From the NCBI GenBank assembly GCA_902472315.1, contig CABRNM010000002.1, positions 8,629 through 72,628 of the forward strand: a DNA stretch of 64,000 nt. The letters run 5' to 3'. This DNA is from an uncultured Collinsella sp. (GTDB taxonomy: Bacteria; Actinomycetota; Coriobacteriia; Coriobacteriales; Coriobacteriaceae). Made by a program: the position numbers and the translations under genes. Below, in pieces: positions 20,719 to 30,794 of this stretch (within the stretch, counting starts at the first letter, position 1; the number at the start of each line of letters is the position of its first letter). The notes under the pieces were generated by a model. That model had not been told where the DNA came from. It worked only from the letters and a program-made list of their open reading frames with translations, and searched no databases.

Positions 20719-22434
20719 ATGACGGCCACACCGTGGGGATTCCGGGACATATTGCCCGAGGAGGCTCAGGCGCGCGAGGAGATTGCGCTGACGGTGAAGG
20801 GCTGCTTTAGGGAGCATCATTATCTGCCGGTTGAGACGCCGCTGCTCGAGGACAAGGGCTCGCTCGAGGAGGACGGCCGTATCGCGGACACGCCGTTTAA
20901 GCTTTTTGACGATGACGGCCGCTTGTTGGTGGTTCGTCCCGACAATACGTTGCCGATCGTGCGTTTGGTCTCGACCCGCATGCGCGCGGCCGACTTGCCG
21001 CTGCGCCTGCGCTATGAGGCGCCGGTGGTTCGCGAATGCCAGCGCAATGCCGGCGGTTCGCGTCAATTTACCCAGCTGGGTTTTGAGCTCATCGGCGCGG
21101 GCGATACCGCGGGCGATGTCGAGATCGTCTCGCTGGTGGCCGAGGCCGTTCGCAAGTTGGCGCTGCCCGATGCGCGCATTATCGCAGGTAGCGTGCGCCC
21201 GTTTAAGGAGCTGCTCGCGGCGTGCGAGGATCGCGAGCTGGCTGCCGAGGCTCTGCGCTGCGTGCACGCCAACGACTTTGTGGGCCTCGATGCCCGCGTG
21301 GCGAAAAGCACCGAGCCCGAGGCCGTCAAGGCCGCCATTAGCGAGCTGCCGCGCCTGCACGGTGGTGCCGAGGTGCTCGACCGCGTCGACGCGCTGCTGG
21401 CGGCGGCGGGCATTGTTGCGCCGCTCACGCGCGAGCTGCGTGCCCTGGTCGAGGGCCTGGCACCCGAGGACGCCCAGGTGCTGTCGTTCGACTTCTCCAT
21501 CATGAACTCTTTCGATTACTACACGGGTCTGGTCTTTAAGGCCTATGCCGGCGGCCTGCCCGATCCGGTCGGTTCGGGCGGACGCTACGACTCCATCTTT
21601 ACCGGCGCATTTGGCGACGGCATCGAGGTACCGGCGGCGGGCTTTGCCTTTTCGCTCGAGCGTCTGGAGGCCGCGCGCACCTCGGCCGAGGACGCCGCTT
21701 CCGACGGCGATCACGCCGTGGGTCGCGGCGCCGAGGGTCCGCTGCGCATCGCCGTGCCCAAGGGCTCGCTCAAGGCCGACACGCTCGACGTGCTCGAGGC
21801 CGCGGGCTTGGACGTCTCTGAGCTGCGTGACCCCGGCCGTCACCTGATTGTGGGCGGTCGCGACACGCGTGCCGGCGAGGGCACGGTCGGCGATATCGAG
21901 TTTGTCATCGTGCGTCCCAGCGACGCGCCCGCTTTTGTGGGCTGTGGCGGTGCCGACTGCGGCATCTGCGGTTGGGACTCGCTTATCGAGGCAGACCTCA
22001 ACCTGCTGCAGCTGGTCGACCTGGGCTACGGCCTGTGCACGTTTATCGAGGCGGAGCCCGCGTGGCGCGCCGGCCAGGCCGAGCGCAACTATGCCCGCCG
22101 TGGGTCGCTTCGCGTGGCCACCAAGTATCCGCGCATCGCGAGCGCCTGGTATGCCGAGCGCGGCGTGAACGCCGACATCGTTTCGCTGCACGGTAACATC
22201 GAGTTGGGCCCCATTGTCGGTATGACCGACCGTATCGTGGACATCACCGCCACGGGCGCCACGCTGCGCGATAACGACCTGGTTATTACCGGTCGCATTA
22301 TGGACTGCACGGCGCGATTCTTCGTCAACCCGGGTGCCGCGCGCCTGGACCCGCGCGTGCGCAACTTGGCCGATCGCCTGGCGGCGGCCGTGAAGGACAA
22401 GCATTTTGAGCCCGTTGCGGGCTCGGCACAATAG
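20719..22434 (+). CDS. hisZ-hisG: Fused ATP phosphoribosyltransferase regulatory subunit HisZ and short-form HisG
   Basis: N-terminal HisRS-like (PWGFRDILP, RPDNTLP, DYYTGLVF, GGRYD); C-terminal LRIAVPKG, RVATKYP, LHGNIELGP, DITATGATL in one ORF. Confidence 0.9.
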   Translation: MTATPWGFRDILPEEAQAREEIALTVKGCFREHHYLPVETPLLEDKGSLEEDGRIADTPFKLFDDDGRLLVVRPDNTLPIVRLVSTRMRAADLPLRLRYEAPVVRECQRNAGGSRQFTQLGFELIGAGDTAGDVEIVSLVAEAVRKLALPDARIIAGSVRPFKELLAACEDRELAAEALRCVHANDFVGLDARVAKSTEPEAVKAAISELPRLHGGAEVLDRVDALLAAAGIVAPLTRELRALVEGLAPEDAQVLSFDFSIMNSFDYYTGLVFKAYAGGLPDPVGSGGRYDSIFTGAFGDGIEVPAAGFAFSLERLEAARTSAEDAASDGDHAVGRGAEGPLRIAVPKGSLKADTLDVLEAAGLDVSELRDPGRHLIVGGRDTRAGEGTVGDIEFVIVRPSDAPAFVGCGGADCGICGWDSLIEADLNLLQLVDLGYGLCTFIEAEPAWRAGQAERNYARRGSLRVATKYPRIASAWYAERGVNADIVSLHGNIELGPIVGMTDRIVDITATGATLRDNDLVITGRIMDCTARFFVNPGAARLDPRVRNLADRLAAAVKDKHFEPVAGSAQ

Positions 22435-22539
22435 CGCGAGCACGCACGGGCGTCCCAACGTCTGGGCTGCGGGCCGATTGGCGCCGCCGCCCGGCCTCTC
22501 GTTTTTCGAACACAACCTCGACCGATAGGGGATACCGAT

Positions 22540-24024
22540 ATGAAGACCATCAAGCTTGCTCCCGGTGAGCGCCTCGTTACCAACCAGCTCAACCGCAAGG
22601 GTGTGCTGCCGCAAAACATCGTCGACGCCGCCCGCGATATCGTGGCCGACGTGCGCGCCAACGGCGATGCCGCGGTGCGCGATTACTGTCAGCGTTTTGA
22701 CGGTGTTGAGCTGCAGAGCTTCCGTCTGCCGCAAGAGCAGATCGATGCCGCGCTCGAAGGTCTTGATCCGGCCTTTGTTGCCGCGCTCGAGAAGGCCGCG
22801 CGCCAGATTCGCGAATTCCACCAGCGCGAGGTCGAGCAGAGCTGGTTTACCACGCGCCCGGACGGCACGATGCTCGGCGTTAAGGTGACCCCGCTCGCGG
22901 CGGCCGGCATCTACGTGCCGGGCGGTCGCGCGCAGTATCCCTCCACGGTGCTCATGAATGCCATTCCCGCCAAGGTTGCCGGCGTCAAGCGCGTGGTCAT
23001 GGTGACCCCGCCGCAAAAAGACGGCCTGATCAGCCCCTACACGCTCGCCGCGGCAAAGCTCGGCGGCGTGGACGAGATCTATATGGTGGGCGGCGCCCAG
23101 GCCGTGGCCGCGCTGGCATACGGTACCGAGACCATTCCGCGCGTCGACAAAATCACCGGCCCGGGCAACGCCTTTGTTGCGGCGGCCAAGCAGATTGTCT
23201 CGGGCGATGTGGGAATCGACATGGTCGCCGGTCCGTCCGAGGTCTGCGTGCTGGCCGATGCCACGGCCAAGCCCATGGTGGTCGCGGCCGACCTGATGGC
23301 CCAGGCCGAGCACGATCCGCTGGCAGCCTGCTATCTGGTGACCTGCGACGAGCAGTTTGCGCGCGAGGTCGAGGCGGGTATCGACATTCTGGTGGCGCAG
23401 TCGCCGCGTGCCGAGATCACGCGCGCCTCGCTCGACAACGAAGGCACCATCGTGGTCGCCGCCGACATGGCCGCCGCCGTCGAGGCCGTGAACACCGTGG
23501 CGCCTGAGCACCTTGAGCTGCACTGCAAGGATGCGATGGGCCTGCTCGGCGGCATTCGCAACGCCGGCGCCATCTTTGTGGGCGCTTGGAGCTCCGAGCC
23601 GCTCGGCGATTACGTTGCCGGTCCCAACCACACGCTGCCGACTGGCGGCACGGCCATGTTCTCCAACCCGCTTTCGGTCGAAGAGTTCGTTAAGCGCTCG
23701 AGCGTCATTTGCTATACGCCCGAGGGCCTGCTCTCCGATGCTCCCGCTACGCAGCGTTTGGCCGAGGCCGAGGGCCTGTGGGCACACGCGCTTTCCGCCG
23801 CACTGCGTCGCCGTGTGCTGGAGCAGGGCGAGGATGCCGTGAGCGCCGAGTCTCTGGCCGCGGCCGACCTGACCAAGGTCGCCTGGCCGGGCGACGCCGT
23901 GGCGACGGTTGCCGAGGGTGTGGACCTGGCGGCGGCGGGCGGTGCCGCTGGCGCGGTCGTCGAGGGTGTGGACCTGGCGGCTGCGGGCGCGGATGGCGTT
24001 GGCGCGACCGGCGAGGAGGCCTAA
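22540..24024 (+). CDS. hisD: Histidinol dehydrogenase with C-terminal extension
   Basis: [49 protein letters not shown]. Confidence 0.95.
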   Translation: MKTIKLAPGERLVTNQLNRKGVLPQNIVDAARDIVADVRANGDAAVRDYCQRFDGVELQSFRLPQEQIDAALEGLDPAFVAALEKAARQIREFHQREVEQSWFTTRPDGTMLGVKVTPLAAAGIYVPGGRAQYPSTVLMNAIPAKVAGVKRVVMVTPPQKDGLISPYTLAAAKLGGVDEIYMVGGAQAVAALAYGTETIPRVDKITGPGNAFVAAAKQIVSGDVGIDMVAGPSEVCVLADATAKPMVVAADLMAQAEHDPLAACYLVTCDEQFAREVEAGIDILVAQSPRAEITRASLDNEGTIVVAADMAAAVEAVNTVAPEHLELHCKDAMGLLGGIRNAGAIFVGAWSSEPLGDYVAGPNHTLPTGGTAMFSNPLSVEEFVKRSSVICYTPEGLLSDAPATQRLAEAEGLWAHALSAALRRRVLEQGEDAVSAESLAAADLTKVAWPGDAVATVAEGVDLAAAGGAAGAVVEGVDLAAAGADGVGATGEEA

Positions 24025-24025
24025 T

Positions 24026-25141
24026 ATGGCCGAACTCACGCCCCGCATGAAGGAGCTCGTCCAGTCCTACTTGACCGGCATTGAGCCCTACGATCCCAAC
24101 TTTACGCCCACGCGCATCAACCTTTCGGCCAACGAGAACACCTATCCCGTGCCGGCCGGCGTGCGCGAGGCGGTCGACGCCGCCCTGGCTGCCACGCCGC
24201 TCAACCGCTATCCCGATCCCATGTCTAACGACCTGCGCGACGAGCTTGCTGCCTGGCATGGCGTGACGCGCGAGAACATCTGCGTGGGAAACGGCGGCGA
24301 CGAGCTGCTCTATAACTATCTGCTGGCGTTTGGCGGCGCGGGGAGGACTCTACTCAACTGCCCACCGTGCTTTAGCGAGTACGCGTTCTTTGCGTCGCTC
24401 TGCCAGACCGAGGTGCGCGACGTGTGGCGCGACCCCGCGACCTTTGAGCTTGACCAGGCAGCTGTGCTCGCAGCGGCGCCCGAGTGCAGCCTGGCGATCG
24501 TGACCTCGCCCAACAATCCCACGGGTGACGTGGCACCGCTCGACTTTGTCGCGGCCCTGTGCAATGCCTGCCCCGGCGTGGTGATGGTCGATGAGGCCTA
24601 CGTTGAGTTTGCCGACGATTCGTTTGGCGCGGCCACCACGGCGCAAGGGCTTATCGCCGAGCATCCAAACCTGGTGATTCTGCATACGCTGTCCAAGGCG
24701 TTTGGCGCCGCCGGCACGCGTTTGGGCTACGTGATCGCGGCACCCGAGGTCATCGATGTGTTCGCGGCGATTCGCCAGATCTACTCGGTCAATGTGCTGA
24801 GCCAGGCGACGGCGCTTGCCTGCGTGCGTGCGCGCGATGCGTATGCGCCCGTGGTGGCGCAAGTTACATCCGAGCGCGAGTGCGAGTTGTGCGCCCTGCG
24901 TGCAATGGCTGCCGAGGGCATGCCCGTGGAGGCATGGCCGAGCGCGGCGAACTTTGTGCTCGTGCGCACGCCGCATGCCACGCGCGTGCGCGAGCGTCTG
25001 CGTGATGAGTATTCGATTTTGGTGCGCGACTTTAGCTATGCGCCGGGCCTTGCGGACTGTCTGCGCATCACTGTGGGTACGCCGCAGGAAAACGACGAGG
25101 TGCTGGCTGCGTTTGCCGCGCTGGTGAAGGAGGAGATGTAG
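24026..25141 (+). CDS. hisC: Histidinol-phosphate aminotransferase
   Basis: LSANEN, NRYPD, SPNNPTG, VDEAY, TLSKAFG..GTRLGY. Confidence 0.93.
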   Translation: MAELTPRMKELVQSYLTGIEPYDPNFTPTRINLSANENTYPVPAGVREAVDAALAATPLNRYPDPMSNDLRDELAAWHGVTRENICVGNGGDELLYNYLLAFGGAGRTLLNCPPCFSEYAFFASLCQTEVRDVWRDPATFELDQAAVLAAAPECSLAIVTSPNNPTGDVAPLDFVAALCNACPGVVMVDEAYVEFADDSFGAATTAQGLIAEHPNLVILHTLSKAFGAAGTRLGYVIAAPEVIDVFAAIRQIYSVNVLSQATALACVRARDAYAPVVAQVTSERECELCALRAMAAEGMPVEAWPSAANFVLVRTPHATRVRERLRDEYSILVRDFSYAPGLADCLRITVGTPQENDEVLAAFAALVKEEM

Positions 25142-25729
25142 ATGGGCCGTTATGCCGAGGTGACCCGCAAGACGGGTGAGACCGACATTGTCGTCAAGCT
25201 CGACCTGGATGGAACCGGTACGTGCGATATCTCGACCGGCGTGCCGTTTTTCGACCACATGCTCAACGCCTTTGGCCGCCATGGCCTGTTCGATTTGACG
25301 GTGCATGCGGTGGGCGATGTTGAGGTCGATGCGCATCATACCGTCGAGGACACGGGTATTGTGCTGGGCGAGGCGTTCTGCCAGGCGCTGGGCGACAAGG
25401 CGGGCATTACACGCTTTGCCGACGCGGCGATTGCCATGGACGAGACGCTCGTGATGGCCGCCGTGGATATCTCGGGCCGCGGGCAGGCCTATTGCGAGCT
25501 GCCCGTGCCAACCGAGCGCGTGGGCACCTTCGATACCGAGCTGGCTGTCGAGTTCTTCTACGCTTTTGCGCGCGACGCCAAGCTCACACTGCATGTGCGC
25601 GAACTGGCGGGCGGCAACTCGCATCACATTATCGAGGCCGCCTTTAAGGCCGTGGGCCGCACAATGCGCCGCGCCTGCGAGCTCGATCCCCGCGTGCAGG
25701 GCATCCCCAGCACCAAGGGCTCGCTGTAA
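25142..25729 (+). CDS. hisB: Imidazoleglycerol-phosphate dehydratase
   Basis: FFDHML, DAHHTVED, NSHHIIEA, PSTKGSL. Confidence 0.96.
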   Translation: MGRYAEVTRKTGETDIVVKLDLDGTGTCDISTGVPFFDHMLNAFGRHGLFDLTVHAVGDVEVDAHHTVEDTGIVLGEAFCQALGDKAGITRFADAAIAMDETLVMAAVDISGRGQAYCELPVPTERVGTFDTELAVEFFYAFARDAKLTLHVRELAGGNSHHIIEAAFKAVGRTMRRACELDPRVQGIPSTKGSL

Positions 25730-25774
25730 CCTGCCAAAAAGGGACAGGTTTTGAATGGGGAAAGGGAGGGTCGC

Positions 25775-26476
25775 GTGGGCGAACCGAAGATCGTGGTGGT
25801 CGACTACCATAAGGGTAACTTGTCGAGCGTCGTGCGCGGGCTTGTGCGCGCCGGTGCCGCTGCCTGCACGTCGGACGATCCGGAGCAGATCTGCAACGCC
25901 GACGGCCTGGTCATCCCGGGCGTGGGCGCGTTCTATGACGCGATCGCCTTTATGCGCCAGAGCGGTGAGGAGGCGGCTGTGCTCGACGCCGTTGCCGCCG
26001 GAACTCCGCTGCTCGGCATCTGCCTGGGCCTTCAGCTATTTTTTGAGCGCGGCAACGAGGGCGTGCCTGCGGACGAGGGCGCGATTGCCGGCGGTAACGC
26101 CCCCGAGCAGGCTGGCAGTCCCTGGGTCGATGGGCTGGGCATTATGCGCGGCTCGTGCACGCGCTTGGAGTCGAGTCGCCTTAAGGTGCCGCACGTGGGC
26201 TGGGACCAGGTGCACATGACGCCCGCCGGTGCGGCCGATCCACTGCTTGCCGGTTTTGCCGAGGGTGCCAACATGTATTTCACCCACAGCTATGCGGTGG
26301 CCGACGATGCCGATGCCGCCGATGTGCTGGCGCGCACGCACTATACGCGGAGTTTCCCGTGCATCGTGCGCCACGGCAACGTGTGGGGCTGCCAGTTCCA
26401 TCCCGAGAAATCCTCCGCGCTGGGTCAGCGCATCCTTAAGAATTTCGTCAGCATCGTCGAGGAGGTCGGCCGATGA
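25775..26476 (+). CDS. hisH: Imidazole glycerol phosphate synthase glutaminase subunit
   Basis: IPGVGAF, LGICLGLQL, PHVGW, YFTHSY, QFHPEKS. Confidence 0.94.
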   Translation: MGEPKIVVVDYHKGNLSSVVRGLVRAGAAACTSDDPEQICNADGLVIPGVGAFYDAIAFMRQSGEEAAVLDAVAAGTPLLGICLGLQLFFERGNEGVPADEGAIAGGNAPEQAGSPWVDGLGIMRGSCTRLESSRLKVPHVGWDQVHMTPAGAADPLLAGFAEGANMYFTHSYAVADDADAADVLARTHYTRSFPCIVRHGNVWGCQFHPEKSSALGQRILKNFVSIVEEVGR

Positions 26477-27216
26477 TTCTGTTTCCCGCAATCGATTTGA
26501 TCGGCGGCAAGGTCGTGCGCTTGGAGCGCGGCGACCGGAGCCGCTGCAAGGTATATTCCGACGACCCCGTGGCCGTCGCCCGCTCGTTTGCCGAGCAGGG
26601 CGCGAGCTGGGTGCACGTCGTCGACCTGTCCGCTGCCTTTGGCGAGGACGAGGGAGCGTGCGCTGCCAATTCGGCGGCGATTAAGGCCACCTGCGGCGTC
26701 GATGGTCTGTCCGTGGACGTGGGCGGCGGCGTCCGCTCGCTCGCGCGCATCGACGAGTTGGCCGGCTACGGTGCGCGCCGCATTGCGCTGGGTACCGTGC
26801 TGGTGACCGAGCCGGGTTTTGCCGAGGTGGCGGCTCGCGGCTTTGGCGAGCTGTTGGTGGCTGACATTGCCGCGCGCGACGGCCAGGTTAAGGTGAACGG
26901 CTGGCGCGACGGCGCGGGCGTGGCGCTCGACGATGCCGTGGCGCAGCTTTCCGAGCTGGGCTTTAAGCATCTGGTGTATACCGACATCGCGCGCGATGGC
27001 ATGCAGACGGGCATCGATGTGGCGGCGTATCGCCATGTGGCGCAGGTCGCGGGCTTTCCCGTCGTGGCTTCGGGCGGCATCTCGACGCTCGACGACATCC
27101 GCGCGCTGGCCGCGGTGGGCGAGGGCGCGATTGAAGGCGCCATTACCGGTCGTGCGCTCTACGAGGGCAACTTTATGCTGGTACAGGCGCTGGCCGCCGC
27201 CCGAGGGGAGGAGTAG
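26473..27216 (+). CDS. hisA: ProFAR isomerase
   Basis: PAIDLIGGKVVRL, HVVDL, VGGGVR, TDIARDG, ASGG. Confidence 0.94.
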   Translation: MILFPAIDLIGGKVVRLERGDRSRCKVYSDDPVAVARSFAEQGASWVHVVDLSAAFGEDEGACAANSAAIKATCGVDGLSVDVGGGVRSLARIDELAGYGARRIALGTVLVTEPGFAEVAARGFGELLVADIAARDGQVKVNGWRDGAGVALDDAVAQLSELGFKHLVYTDIARDGMQTGIDVAAYRHVAQVAGFPVVASGGISTLDDIRALAAVGEGAIEGAITGRALYEGNFMLVQALAAARGEE

Positions 27217-27219
27217 ACC

Positions 27220-28002
27220 ATGCTTACCAAGCGTGTAATTCCCTGCCTGGACGTCAAGGACGGCCGTGTGGTCAAGGGCGTCAACTTTGTGAGCTTGCGC
27301 GATGCGGGCGACCCGGTGGAGCTGGCCCGCGCCTACGACCGCGAGGGTGCGGACGAGGTCGTATTTTTGGACATTACCGCGACGAGCGACAACCGTGCGA
27401 CGACCATCGAGATGGCGGCGCACGCGGCCGAGGAGCTGGCCATTCCCTACACCGTGGGCGGCGGCTTTCGCGACCTGGCGGGCATGCGGACCATGGTGGC
27501 TGCCGGTGCCGACAAGGTATCGCTCAACTCTGCCGCCGTGCGCGACCCGTCGCTGATCAGCCAAGCTGCCGCGGCGTTTGGCAGCCAGGCCGTGGTCGTG
27601 GCGATCGATGCCAAACGCGTGGGGCTGCCCGGGGAGCCGGGCGCCGATAAGTGGGAGGTCTTCACGGCGGGCGGCCGCAACGCCACGGGTATCGATGCGG
27701 TGGCGTGGGCCGAGGAGGCGGCTCGTCGCGGCGCCGGCGAGATCCTGCTGACCAGCATGGATCGCGACGGCACCAAGGCCGGCTTTGACCTGGCGCTCAC
27801 CCGCGCCGTGGCCCGCGCGGTGCCGATTCCCGTCATCGCGAGCGGCGGCGTGGGCACGCTCGAGCATTTTGCCGAGGGCGTGATCGAGGGCGAGGCCGAT
27901 GCCGTGCTGGCGGCTAGCGTCTTTCACTTTGGGACGTTCAGCATTCGCGAAGTCAAAGAGTATATGGCCTCTCAAGACATCCCTGTCAGGTTGGACTTCT
28001 AG
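27220..28002 (+). CDS. hisF: Imidazole glycerol phosphate synthase cyclase subunit
   Basis: [39 protein letters not shown]. Confidence 0.96.
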   Translation: MLTKRVIPCLDVKDGRVVKGVNFVSLRDAGDPVELARAYDREGADEVVFLDITATSDNRATTIEMAAHAAEELAIPYTVGGGFRDLAGMRTMVAAGADKVSLNSAAVRDPSLISQAAAAFGSQAVVVAIDAKRVGLPGEPGADKWEVFTAGGRNATGIDAVAWAEEAARRGAGEILLTSMDRDGTKAGFDLALTRAVARAVPIPVIASGGVGTLEHFAEGVIEGEADAVLAASVFHFGTFSIREVKEYMASQDIPVRLDF

Positions 28003-28008
28003 CGCTGC

Positions 28009-28109
28009 GGCTTGTCCAGGCACCGCATCTTGCCGCTCAAACCGTCGCTCGCGTACCAAAGCACGCGTCGCTCCTCTTTCGCGGCAACCTGCGGCACCTG
28101 GACAACCCT
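28009..28109. repeat. Structured ~100-nt dispersed element, copy 1 (copy 2 at 57190-57291)
   Basis: Shared core TCAAACCGTCGCTYGCGTAC...ACGCG...CTCCTCTTTC with nested stems. Confidence 0.8.
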
Positions 28110-28142
28110 CGCCGACCTGTGGGGTTTAAATTGGGGAGAGAA

Positions 28143-28472
28143 ATGGAAGAGATAACCGATCCTTCAAAGCTTACATACGACGCCAAGGGGCTGATTCCTT
28201 GTGTTGTTCAGCAGTATGACACCGGCGAGGTGCTTATGGTTGCCTGGATGAACGAGGAGTCGGTGGGGTTGACGCTCAAGACCGGCACCACGTGGTTTTG
28301 GAGCCGTAGCCGCCAGGAGCTCTGGAACAAGGGAGCGACGAGCGGCAATATGCAGGAGGTCAAGGAACTCTGGGCCGACTGCGATAGCGATACGCTGCTG
28401 GTCAAGGTCGACTCGCCGGGTCCGGCCTGCCACACCGGCAACCGTACCTGCTTCTTTAAGAAACTCGCGTAG
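28143..28472 (+). CDS. hisI: Phosphoribosyl-AMP cyclohydrolase
   Basis: [32 protein letters not shown]. Confidence 0.95.
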   Translation: MEEITDPSKLTYDAKGLIPCVVQQYDTGEVLMVAWMNEESVGLTLKTGTTWFWSRSRQELWNKGATSGNMQEVKELWADCDSDTLLVKVDSPGPACHTGNRTCFFKKLA

Positions 28473-28518
28473 GGCGGGCGCTCGACTAAGCGCTTGGCCA
28501 ACCAGAAAGGATTGAACC

Positions 28519-28836
28519 ATGGGTGTGCGCACTGCGAATGTTCAGGATGGAAATATCGGTGAGACGCTGACGGGGTTGGCCGAGGTGATTCATGGTCGTC
28601 GCGACGCATCGCCGCAGGAGAGCTACACCGCTCGCCTGTTGACCGACGTCGAGGACGAGCTGCTCAAGAAGCTTGCCGAGGAGGCGAGCGAGGTCATCAT
28701 GGCCTGTAAGGATAACGACCACGATCACATTCGCTACGAGGCCGGCGACCTGGTCTACCACCTGCTCGTGACGCTTGAGCGCTACGGCATCACCCTCGAC
28801 GAACTGGCCGGCGAACTCAACGCCCGCCGCCACTAG
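28519..28836 (+). CDS. hisE: Phosphoribosyl-ATP pyrophosphatase
   Basis: SYTARLL, KKLAEEASEV, EAGDLVYHLLV. Confidence 0.94.
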   Translation: MGVRTANVQDGNIGETLTGLAEVIHGRRDASPQESYTARLLTDVEDELLKKLAEEASEVIMACKDNDHDHIRYEAGDLVYHLLVTLERYGITLDELAGELNARRH

Positions 28837-29143
28837 TCATTGGGGACGTTCTTAAACGACTAGTCGTTTGGGACAGTCTTTGCCGGCGCTGCCAAATAGC
28901 ATGCCCAATTACTACGATGAAACTGGATCTGCTGACCACACGTCGATTTTGAGCAAATCGTCAACGCTTCTACCTGCGGTTTTATTTTCCACATTAAGCC
29001 GATGGTCGGAGGTTTGCGGTTCATCGTAGTAAACGGGCGTTCTTTTTGGCGGGTGGTGTTGCACGGGCGTCGGTGGTGAGCAAAACGACCTGTTTTCCTC
29101 CGTCCCCAAGGGGTCATTTGTGAAGAGTGTCCCCAACGACTAG
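28833..29143. repeat. REP/MITE-like element bounded by CTAG-GGGAC inverted repeats
   Basis: CTAGTCGTTTGGGACA (28860-28875) vs TGTCCCCAACGACTAG (29128-29143), one mismatch; related motifs at 52.4 kb and 54.6 kb. Confidence 0.7.
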
Positions 29144-29145
29144 TC

Positions 29146-30057
29146 TTAGGCGAGGGGCGTGGGCTCCCATTCTCCGGTGAGGTGGGGGATGTCGAAGGTT
29201 CGATAGCCACAGTCGTAGGCGTGGGCCTGGGCCTCGCGGATGTTCCAGCAGATATCGCAGGCGCGGTGCGCATCCGAACCAAAGGTAATGGGCACCTCGG
29301 CATGGGCAAAGCAACGCAGCAATCCGGTCGCGGGGTAGTAGTCGTCGAGCCCCTTGCGCGGCGCGGCAGTCGAGACCTCAACGCGGCGGCCCGTGTCGTG
29401 TGCACACTCTGCCATCTGCTCCCAGAATGGCGCGGGGTCAAAGTCGGGCGCAAAGCCTTCCTTCGAAAAGCGCATGACCAGGTCGGGGTGGGCCATTACA
29501 TCAAAGTTAAGCGGGCTTTCACAGGCGCGGCACCAGTTATCGACATAGCGCTCCCACACGCCGCGTACGCCCAGGTTTTCCCAAACATGCAGGTCGGTGT
29601 CATCGTCGACCCAGCCACAAAGCGAATCGGGCGTATCGGGACGAGCGACGTCCTCCGTCCCCGCCGTGCCCGCAGCACCGGCCATGATATCGCCCGGATC
29701 GCCAGTCCAGTGCACACTGCCCAAGCGCACTATGGCACCCGCTGACCAGCGCTCGACCAAAGGCTCGCAGCCCTCGTACCAATCGCATTCAAAGCCATAG
29801 ATAAGCTCGAGCTCCGGCGCAATCTGCGCGGCAAGCTTGCGGGCGTCCTCAAAGGCCAGGCGATGTGCCGGCAGGTCGCCCTCGACAACCTGCACTTCGC
29901 AGTTGGCGTCCATGCTGGCGGGTAGGGTGAGGTGGTCAGTCGAGACCATGACGTGGCACCCGGCCGCAGCAGCGGCGCGAACGTTGTCCTCAAACGAGGC
30001 GTGCCCGTCCGAAAACGAGGTGTGGGTATGGCAATCGACCAGCGGGCAAGCAGACAT
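29146..30057 (-). CDS. PHP-family histidinol-phosphatase (HisJ/HisK type)
   Basis: DCHTHT..SDGH, STDH, LGSVHW, MAHPDL, FGSDAH; convergent with the his operon, which lacks a phosphatase. Confidence 0.85.
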   Translation of the reverse strand: MSACPLVDCHTHTSFSDGHASFEDNVRAAAAAGCHVMVSTDHLTLPASMDANCEVQVVEGDLPAHRLAFEDARKLAAQIAPELELIYGFECDWYEGCEPLVERWSAGAIVRLGSVHWTGDPGDIMAGAAGTAGTEDVARPDTPDSLCGWVDDDTDLHVWENLGVRGVWERYVDNWCRACESPLNFDVMAHPDLVMRFSKEGFAPDFDPAPFWEQMAECAHDTGRRVEVSTAAPRKGLDDYYPATGLLRCFAHAEVPITFGSDAHRACDICWNIREAQAHAYDCGYRTFDIPHLTGEWEPTPLA

Positions 30058-30211
30058 GGCAGCTCCTTTGCGTCAGGCGAATTCGCTCCATTGTAGCGGC
30101 GCGGCTCTCGATGCGACGAGCGCGCCGGGGTGTCGGTTTCTTGCGGACAGGGAAAATCGCGCTCATCGCGCTCCGCCACATCCACGCCGCCCGCGATGTG
30201 CTAGCGTTTGA

Positions 30212-30736
30212 ATGAACAAAACGAGCCCGTGCGGAAAGGAGCCGGACCGTATGCCATGCGATAGCAAATCTCCGCTGTCCCGCGAGACCGATGCGCCCGA
30301 GACCATCGTCAAGCTGGAATGCGATATCGATGACGCGTCGCCCGAGGTGCTCGCCTACGCCGCCGACCGCCTGCGCGAGGCCGGTGCGCGCGAGGTGCAC
30401 TGGCTGCCCCTCTATTGCAAGAAGGGCCGTCCCGGCTGGCAGCTGCAGGTAATCTGTACCCACGAGGATATCGAGCGCCTACAGACGATTATCTTTTTGG
30501 AAACCACGACCAATGGCATCCGCCGCCAGGTTATGGAGCGCGTTTGCCTACCACGCCGCTTTGAGCGCGTAACAACGCCATGGGGCGAGGTGTCCGTCAA
30601 GGTGGCGACCCTGCCCGACGGTAGTGAGCGTGCGGCGCCCGAGTACGAAGACTGCTCCCGCCTCGCTCGCGAGCATAACGTGCCGCTCCAGCGCGTGATG
30701 CAGGCGGCACAAGCCGTGGCACTGCGATTTGAGTAA
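30212..30736 (+). CDS. Stand-alone LarC C-terminal (LarC2/DUF111-like) domain protein
   Basis: LECDIDD, KKGRPG, ETTTNGIR, TPWGEVSVK, PEYEDC; start codon uncertain. Confidence 0.8.
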   Translation: MNKTSPCGKEPDRMPCDSKSPLSRETDAPETIVKLECDIDDASPEVLAYAADRLREAGAREVHWLPLYCKKGRPGWQLQVICTHEDIERLQTIIFLETTTNGIRRQVMERVCLPRRFERVTTPWGEVSVKVATLPDGSERAAPEYEDCSRLAREHNVPLQRVMQAAQAVALRFE

Positions 30737-30794
30737 CACGGCCGAGCGACGCGCCGCGCCCGGCCACATCAACCCCATCCGAAAGGAACTCCCC

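Noticed and set aside
20668..24048. 1126-aa antisense ORF
   Set aside because: Shadow of hisZG/hisD caused by high-GC codon bias; no recognisable motifs
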